Source: the human T2T-CHM13v2.0 reference genome, Homo sapiens
Assembly: GCF_009914755.1 (NCBI RefSeq)
Contig: NC_060935.1
Reading direction: 5' to 3' (one strand)
DNA: 64,000 nt
Part shown: positions 55,311 through 64,000 of the stretch, in pieces
Numbering within the stretch: position 1 is the first letter of the stretch
Layout of the letters: each line of letters begins with the position of its first letter
Translations under genes and position numbers: made by a program
The notes under the pieces: model-generated
What the model was told of the DNA's origin: nothing
Seen by the model: the letters and a program-made list of their open reading frames with translations, nothing else
Databases searched by the model: none

Positions 55311-56139
55311 AATTTGAACGTGTTCTAGTCAAAGATTTTTTTTTTTTTTTTGGTAGGAAGAAACAGAAACCCACTTGAGTTAACACATTTAAAAGGATTT
55401 AGTAAAATAAAATAGAGAGATTGCACAAAATTCAAGATGGGGAAAGTACAACTAGGCTCATTGAACCTTGTAGGAAATTAGGAAGTTTCAAAAGCTCTCT
55501 GTGTCTCCTGTGAGATGTTTTGTCTCTAGTTCTTGTCTTCACTTCTCCTTATTTGTCTGTTTCACCCTTCTCTTTCCCTTACTGGTTTCCTGTATTTACT
55601 TATTTTTCTGATACAGATACTCGTTTCTAATGTCTGGCGATGAGCAAAGGCAATAATTTCCAGGTCTTGTGGTACAAAGTTTCTGGGAGATACCTGAGCC
55701 AAGTCACCTGGCACTGGAAGGCAGGCATCGGGAACTTGCTGCCCACTCAGCAGATTCTGGGCTTGGTGCCTTTGGAGGGGAATTCTGGCAGGGCAGGCAG
55801 GACTGGGGACTTGTCATGCAGATGGCCTGGCTGAGTAGCTCCAGGGAAGTGGAGAGCCTAGGAAACTTTCTGAGTAGGAGTTTCCAGTTCACTTATTATT
55901 CGTAGTATTACTTTTTGCTATTTTTGCTTTGTTTCTCAGTTTTATGAACCGCTAGCAACATTGGTTCCCTCTAGAATTGTGTTAACTGTGCAAATGTGAA
56001 CATCTGAAAACAATGAGTAGATGGCACCAAGGTCTCTCAGAGGCGCAATTACGTTAGATGCCCCTGATCTGGGAGTGTATATGACAGCCCCTCACTAGAC
56101 TCACTACCTTCTGTTGAAAGTTCATGTCTTAAGAATTTA

Positions 56140-56960
56140 TCTCCCTGTAAGATTGAGGGTTCTTTAAAGGCAGGGACCACATCTTAGCACCTAACATAGT
56201 GCCTGGCATGTAATAGAACCTCAATAAATGCTGGCTTCTGTTTTTTTCTGAGGACTGTATCTCTCCCAATGTACTTATACTGTATGTTAAATACATGAAT
56301 CTGTACATACATTAGGAATGAAGTGCTGGTGCTCACACATGGATAAATTAGAAAATGATCAAACAATGATTCTCTGCTTGGGCTCTTTCCCTAAGAAAAC
56401 AATGAGGAAAAAAATGAAAGAGGCTCTGAGAAGATTTTGGACATTGAAATCAGCAGCTTTGTATTTGAACTCCAACTTGCCATTTACTGGTCAGTTGGAA
56501 AGAGCTGGGTCAAGTTACTTAAAACATCTTAGATTCTGTTTTCTCATTTTTAAAGTGGGCATAATATGTATTATTATTTATGTACAGGCAAGTTTGTGTG
56601 AGATCAAGCACAGTGTCTAATAGGTAAGAGTTTCAATATTTATAGTTCTTGTCATTATCCTTGTTGGTCTCAGGATTTTGTGCCATTAAAAAAAAACAGT
56701 GATATAATTTTCTTATAAAACAAAATTCTGAGAAAGATGGGAGTGGGCTAGGCATTATAACATCATAATTAAGAGCAAATTTTGTTTCAAAATTGTGTCT
56801 CTAGCAAGTTAGGCCTCAATTTTCTTCTCTGTAAAATGGGGATAGTAACAACACCTGCCTTTATAAGCTTGGAGAGAATTTAACTAAAGAATGCCTGTAT
56901 AGTACTTAGCAGCGTGGTGCCTGGTCCATAGAAAGTTCTCAATAAACAGTTATTATTAAT
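56140..56960 (+). mobile_element. L2 end plus two MIR fragments
   Basis: agcacctaacatagtgcctggcatgtaatag; caagttacttaa...ttttctcattttt; ggcctcaattttc...ctgtaaaatgggg. Confidence 0.65.
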
Positions 56961-58263
56961 AGTAGTCTCTCTCTTTCTCTCTCATATCCACACACCACTA
57001 CCACTAAATCTATCAAATACCTTGTCTTTGCTTCAGCTGATTTTTATTCCATATGGACCAGTATGGTTCCACAGTGATTAATAAACAATACAGGGCAGGT
57101 GGAGAGAGAGAGAGAAAGAGAGAAGTGTTTGTGTATGCATATAAGGGAGAAACATCTAAGGCTATTTCAAGATTCAAAATAACTGTTCCAGAGACCCTGG
57201 GCAAAAGCAGTGAAAAATCAAAGCAGCTAAATCCCCCCTCAATCCCAAACCAAGTGTTTACTCCTTAGCAAAACAAAGCTGCTGAAAGAGAATCAGCAGA
57301 ACAAAAGCAGAGACTTGGAAAGTAACTTTGAGAGATATTGCAGAGAATTGTAAAGAAACTGTCCTTTCTAATCCCAGAGTTGCTGAAACTACAGAAAAGC
57401 TAGTAGAAATTAACCGTTTGTGTCACAGGCGGAGCACCATATGCTGCTCCCCTTCCCTGGAGAAAGAACAGCCAGCAATTGCTTCCCCATCCCCAGCAAG
57501 GCTGCTGAGCTCAGCCTGCACTCACTTGGGCTCTCTAATGAAATGCAATTGAACAAGCCAGGCCCCAGCATACTTAACCTTTGGACCACGGATGCCTACG
57601 TTTCTCTGGAGAAACAGCCAGTTGTGCTTGTCTTAGTGACTGTGATGCAACCACTGAAGGGAAAAGAAGGCTTATACCCACTACGATTTTGCAATGGCTC
57701 CAACAAAGAGCTTAAAGTATTTCAGATGCATTCAGAAATTAAACTCTGCTGGTCCTCCTGAGCCAGCATCTCTTCTGAATGCCAGAGGGACTGACAATGA
57801 CAAAACCCAGACTCAACTGCTGATGCAGGCGTGGTGGTATTTGGGTTGTCTAGTCATGACAAGGCATAAACAAATCTCTTTGCCACTGTTTGCATGTGAA
57901 AAAATGGCATCTCATCAGACCACTTTCTACCCAGCTCCATTGGCAAGCTACCTCAATACCAACCCCCCGACCCCCGGAGTGGATCTTTGGGAAACTGGCC
58001 TTGAATATAGAACATGGAATTTTTTAAGAGAATAAATGTGCTCATTCTCTCTCTGGTTATACAAATATTTCTAGTCAAAGGTTGACTGACAGTAAGGGAT
58101 TCAGGACAGTTGGACAAGAGGTTGGCTCCTGCTGACATCAATGAAAAGGGGCAGATCTCAGAGATGGGGTCTGACTTCGAAGGAAATGAAAAATGAGAGC
58201 TTGCTACAAAGACAGAATTTTTGTTTTAAGTAAGGTGCTTATAATACTTGCCTCTGGTGTGTA

Positions 58264-58593
58264 CAGTGGGCCCCCACTTATCTGTGGGGGATAAATGTGT
58301 GGATGCTTCAAACTGCAGATGGTACTGAATCCTATATATATACTGTGTCAGTCACTCTGATAACTGAGATAGCTACTAAGTAACCAGAAGGTGAGTAGTG
58401 TGCACAGTATGGATACGCTGGACAAAAGGATGATCGTGTCCAGGATGGGAAGGTGTGAGATTTCACTGTGCTGTTCAGAAGGGCATGCAATTTAAAACTT
58501 GTAAATCGTTTCATTTCTGAAATTTTTTGTTTAATATTTTCTGAATGAAGTTGACTGCAGGTAACTGAAACCACAGATAAGGGGGAACTACTC
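58264..58593 (-). mobile_element. TcMar-Tigger MITE (MER44A-like)
   Basis: Imperfect TIRs cagtgggcccccacttatctgtgg and ccacagataagggggaactactc; TA flanks; about 330 bp. Confidence 0.75.
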
Positions 58594-58903
58594 TACTCTA
58601 TAGATGATAAGAAAGGAACTGGATTTCTGTAACCTGGACAAGAGAAACTAAAGGGAAGAGCATGTGGCAGAGGGGCTGGAAAGAAGCAGTGGTGGAATTT
58701 TGTGACCATTTGCAAGGGAATGGAGGCTTACACATGGAGGATACTGGCCTCCACTTTGATTTGCTTTACTTCAAGTTCTGGGGTATGAGTTATAAAGAAA
58801 TGGGTTCTCTGTGTAATTAAAAATGCCTAAGATTTTGCACCAGTGAGTCTGATTACGCAGAGTAAGAAAGTATTGCTCAATAAAAATTTGTTGAATTGAA
58901 TGT

Positions 58904-59287
58904 TGCAATGGTTTGAATGAGTCCCTCAAAGTTCATGTGTTGGAAACTTAATCCCGAATGCAACAGTGTTGAAAGGTGGAACCTTTAAGCAGTGATGTGG
59001 TCATGAGGCTCTGCCGTCATGAATGGATTAAAGCAGGAGTGGGTTAGTTATCTTGGGAATGGATTCCTGATAAAAGAATGAGCTCAGCCCTCTTGCCCTC
59101 TCTCCCATGTGCTTTCTAGCCTCTCATGTTCTACTATAGGATGATACAACACAGAGGCCCTCACAAGATGGCAGCCCCTTGATCTTGGACTTCCCAGCCT
59201 CCAGAACTGTAAGAAATACATTTCTTTTCTTTATAAATGACCTAGTCTGTGGTATTTTGTTATTGTAACACAAATTGGACTGAGATA
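58904..59287 (+). mobile_element. MST (C/D-like) MaLR solo LTR
   Basis: atggtttgaatg...ggaaacttaatccc...ggacttcccagcctccagaactgtaagaaata. Confidence 0.8.
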
Positions 59288-59930
59288 AATGCTCACATTT
59301 CCAGCCTCACATTTTTGTCACTGTGGCTGCGTAATGTGAGTCTCATTGTAACATGACTCACTGACAAACAAAATTATACACTGCTGCACCACCCACCTCA
59401 ACACAATATTGCACACTGACAAAGCCTCTGATGAGGGAGTTCAGGCTGCTTGCAAACCCTACCTGTACAGGGGCCACCTTCACATCCGGTGAGTGGTAAA
59501 ACAAATGAAATGATGACTGCATGACACAAAAACCTAGGTGGTCAGTCCCCAGTAGATCCCAAATAACCAGAAGATGATAACAAATTACCCTGAAAAGTGA
59601 TGGATTACCTTTACTCTTGCCTTCCTGTCTTTAATAAAAATGTAATTATTTGCTTTCTCTCTCACTATGTAAATTTGGCTTAGTTAGGATTTTACCACTA
59701 GCTTCATATCACAAAACTAGGTTTTGATATGAGTAAAAAAGAAAAACTTGAAAGGAGAAAAGAGAACAGAGTGAGGACGAGGAGAAGAAGGAGTGGGGTA
59801 AGAACAACATAATTTAAATCAGAAAGCAAACAGCCTTAAGGAAGTCAGAACTACAATGAAGTTGGCTACTCACAAGCCAGAAGCCAGATTCTAGCCATCT
59901 ACAAATAAAAAGGGGATTGTGGGTATGTGT

Positions 59931-59933
<3 letters not shown>

Positions 59934-59962
<29 letters not shown>
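59934..59962. repeat. (TG)n microsatellite
   Basis: Read directly from the sequence. Confidence 0.95.
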
Positions 59963-59965
<3 letters not shown>

Positions 59966-60107
59966 CATATGTCAGAGACAGACACAGTCATATCAGATAG
60001 CTTCAGCACATGCCAGTTCCATCACCTGCAATGGAAATTCAGCCATCTTAGAAGTTTCTTCTTTCCTTTCCCCAACATGGTATAATTTACCAGATTCTGT
60101 GATTATC

Positions 60108-60600
60108 TGCCTTAGCCTAGGTTACACCAAAACAAAGCCTGAGACAAGTCTTGTATACAGTGGTTTAATATGAGAGTGGACCCAGGGAGCAGTGAAAGGT
60201 ATAGCAGAATCAACAGACACGGAGCAAACAGCCGAATCAAGTTTGTATTACTGAGTTGGCCACCGCTGCAAATCTTTGATCCTGTGGGATCTTTTAAAGA
60301 GTCTTGTGAAATGCATCACCATTGTCCATGCAGAGAACTCCTCCATACCATAACTCAACCATGGCCCCATGGGGATTAGAACCATCATATTTCTGGCTTG
60401 TGCACGTGAGACTGCAGAGCGGGTTCCTGGGGCATTCCATGCAGTAACATCAGGTCAAGCATGGAGTACATGGTCTTGGCTCCATGCTCTGTTTGCACCT
60501 GCCCAGAGCTAGTTGAAGTCTGTGCAGAAATGGTGATGGCCACAGTGGTCAGAGTAAAGGGTAGGGCAGGAAGAATTTGAAATAGCACAAAAGAGGTATA
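60108..60600 (-). mobile_element. ERVL LTR16-like LTR
   Basis: tgccttagcctaggttac...aaagcctgagacaag start, similar to the element at 53786. Confidence 0.5.
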
Positions 60601-61116
60601 TAACTTTTTCCCAACTGTCACTACCCTAGTTTAGGGCATTTCTTGCCTGGATAATTACAGTAACCTCCTAACTGAGCTCCCTGTGAATCTCTTTTCTTTC
60701 AAGCCCACTGTAAATATTCTACCAGAATTGTGTTTCTAAAATTCAGATCTGATTATATTCTTTCTTTCTTAAAAAGCTTCTCCTCCCTTACTCCTTTCTT
60801 ATTTGTATATTTTGTGCCTTTGTATGTTTCTCGACTTCCTTTTGAAGTTCTGGTGTAACCCAAGAGGTAGTTTTCAAAATCTGTCCAATATACCTCTCTG
60901 GCCTCATTTCTCACCTTCTCCAAACAAGCATCCTTCAAACTATCCCTGATGTGTGAACCTGCAAGATGCCCTGTGATAAGAGAGCCTGCCTGCTCTTGAG
61001 TGTCTCCATGTCAACCTGCCCCAGGACCATGCAAACTCTTCAGGAGGAGCAGGCAGTTCTTTTACTCAAGGGTTCAGTTAATCAGCCTTAAAGGGCACAG
61101 AGCCTGATAATTGGGA

Positions 61117-61170
61117 GTTGTGGTGGTGATGGTGGTGGTGGTTGTGGTGGTGGTGGTGGTGATGGTGGTG
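61117..61170. repeat. (TGG)n trinucleotide repeat, interrupted
   Basis: Read directly from the sequence. Confidence 0.93.
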
Positions 61171-62282
61171 TTTTCCTAACCTGTTCCCCTACACCAAACA
61201 AAGGTGCCCCTATTTCTAGTCCCTCATGGCAGCTCTCTCATTCTCTGCCTTGATCTCCCCTATGTCGTCTCTTTCCTGAAACTTCCTCTTTAAAATCCTT
61301 CACACGGGTGGTCTACCCCAAACTCTCCTTGGGAAAAGGAAAATATCTTGGGAAGGTCTCTTCTTGGCATGGAGTGTTGTAGGGAACGGGGTTGGGAGAT
61401 GATGGGTTCCACCTGAATTTACCTAATATTAAATTATAATTTCACAATTGTGAAATAGTTAATTTTTTTCTTCTGAATATCATATGGTCTATTCTCACCT
61501 GAGAAATACTCCTCAGTTAAAACGACACTGAGCCTATTAATTGCAAAGTAATAACTATGGCTTTATATGCTAAGGGAAGAAGGTAAGCTCTATGAGGGCA
61601 GGATTTTTGTTGTTTATTAACTGTTTTATCCAGAGCACCTGGAAAAGCCCCTGACACACAGCAGGATATGCTCTTCTTTCCGGGATTTCTTTTGTTACAA
61701 AAGACCCCTTGTTTGGCAGAGAATAGATTGATTTTTGCCTTCCTTAGGTAATTCTCATGGGTGGTGAGGATTTGGAGAATGTGGAAATGGTGTCTCAATT
61801 CTTTCAATGGTTTATAATTTCTAATGATAACTTTATGAAAAACATTAAAATAAATGTAATGTGGTATTTTTTTCCCCAACGAAAACGTGAGTCCATAGAA
61901 TGAACTCTTTCATCCCAAAGACAGCTTCCCAGTTTCATGTCCTGAAAGCAGTCACTATTGACAGGCTGTGTTTTTAATTTTACTGGTAACCACTCAACTT
62001 TAGAAAATATACTCGCCCTTCTGTTTCTTGTTATCATCAGCTGGAGAGAATTATTGACTATGAAAGATCAGAAAGTAACACTACATCATTGCCCACTCTC
62101 TTCCTGCTTGTCTACTGTTTTTTCTTTCATATTTTACTTTTTAAAACACTTTTTTGATCCACATTTTGGGAGCTTTTTTTGACTTTATTTTTTTGAGTAT
62201 CTAAATTATTTTGAGGTATTTTTTGGGGTCCGCTGTATTCAGCATATTCCTGTCCACTTTTTAAACTTCTTAGAACTTTTAA

Positions 62283-62622
<340 letters not shown>

Positions 62623-63165
62623 TGGTTGCTCCTTTTTACATAGTATTCTGTTCTTATTTAATTGATGCAACATCTTGAATATCTGAGGATTTTAATTAAA
62701 ATGTTTTGAAAAGGTTCTTTCTGTTCCCTGGATTATCTCTGTTTCCTTTGTGATTTTAGTCCTTTTCTTTATATGCTGTTTGTTTTCTTCCAATATCTAT
62801 TGATAATTTTCAGTTTATCTTTATGAGCAAGGGTTATGCCATCAGCTATACTTTTTCTGCAACTGTATAGATCCTTGGATTAAAGAGCTACTTCTAGGCT
62901 CTTTATAAGTAGGTTTTCCTCCAGAAGGCAGTTTGGGGGTTCCTACCTACACTTGCAAAGGAGGATGGCTTTTTTTTTTGGTGGCAGAGAACTTAGGAAG
63001 ACAGTATTTCACTTAAGGGCAGAGTTGCCTTTCGTTGTAATTTCTCAACTTGCTCCTCCTCTTCCCCCTAAACACACTATTGTATGTCTGTGTGGGAGGT
63101 TCAAGAACTACCTAAAGCCCTAGTTTTCTTTTCTGATACTCTCACAAGGTGAATTTTCCAGGAAG

Positions 63166-63523
63166 ATTTTCCTTAGACAACCATTTCCTTAGACATATTT
63201 ATTTATATTTATATTTATTTATATTCATATAAATTTATATATTATATATTATATCTAATTATATATTTATATGTAAAATATACCTTGTAAATAAATACAT
63301 TATTTATAATATATATTTATATATTATATTTATATATAAATTTATATTTACATAAATTTATTAAATTTATATAAATTATCTATTTATATATTTATATATA
63401 ATATATATTATATAATATTATATATTATATATAATATAATATATATAAATATATATAATATATATTATATATATTTTCCTTAGACAACCATTTCCTTAGA
63501 AATACTTTCCTTAGACAACCATT
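63166..63523. repeat. TA-rich low-complexity block flanked by tttccttagacaacca repeats
   Basis: About 280 bp of near-pure A/T between two identical 28-mers. Confidence 0.9.
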
Positions 63524-64000
63524 ATTCATTTTTGTTTCAGTGAAACATTTAAAGGATGGAAATAGATGTGAACATTAAGTCTTACATTATATACCACATT
63601 TTTCTTTTACTGTATGTAGGTGTTAGAGTGATTAATAAAACACACATTTGTTCAAAAACCTTACTAAACATGTAGTAAATTTTGCTGTTATGTGCATTCT
63701 CAATTGGTGGACGCTAAAGCTACAACTGTTTTCACGTAGAGGTTAAAAATACTCTTTGGTGTTAAAATTTCTCAACAAGGAACCTCTTAGTTACACTGTC
63801 AACCATCTGGGGGTGACTCCTGGAATATGATGCATGCTTGATGCCTTCATGATGCCTTCTTCATTTCAAATGCCCATCTAACCTCTTCTACTTGCAAAAT
63901 CCTACTGTTTTGAAGGTCTAGCTCAATGATCAATTTCTTTGTAAAGTTTCTCCCCATGCTGTGATACAGAATTAATTGCACTATCTTCATTATTCTCTGA

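Noticed and set aside
53949-59175. CTCF-like AGATGGCA cores (about 53954, 56019, 59166)
   Set aside because: Mismatches at the 5' CC positions; cannot be called without a PWM or ChIP data
63166-63523. CRISPR-like repeat-spacer interpretation
   Set aside because: Eukaryotic context, irregular spacing, low-complexity interior, no cas genes

Overview
Mammalian DNA, almost certainly human given the Alu, L1PA and THE1 content. One protein-coding gene is recognisable: the 5' end of SESN3 (sestrin-3, recalled to lie at 11q21) on the minus strand. Its first coding exon is 5971-5894 ([26 protein letters not shown], then a GT donor), inside a CpG island with three NF-Y CCAAT boxes, GC boxes and an octamer. 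Positions 1-5893 are SESN3 intron 1. A second CpG-rich patch (about 7300-7620) carries splice signals on both strands, suggesting an alternative SESN3 first exon and a divergent spliced lncRNA. The remaining ~55 kb is gene-free upstream sequence with Alus, a 5'-truncated L1PA, THE1/MST/MLT1/LTR16 solo LTRs, DNA transposon relics, MIR/L2 fragments and microsatellites. Nearly all other listed ORFs are chance or repeat-derived. I cannot support a new multi-gene system. The best leads are a strong-Kozak uORF whose AUG sits inside a G-quadruplex motif in the SESN3 leader, an Alu with a micro-inverted 3' end, a TA-rich block flanked by 28-bp direct repeats, and several motif-defined candidate enhancers. 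Repeat subfamily names come from recalled consensus sequences and were not checked by a search.
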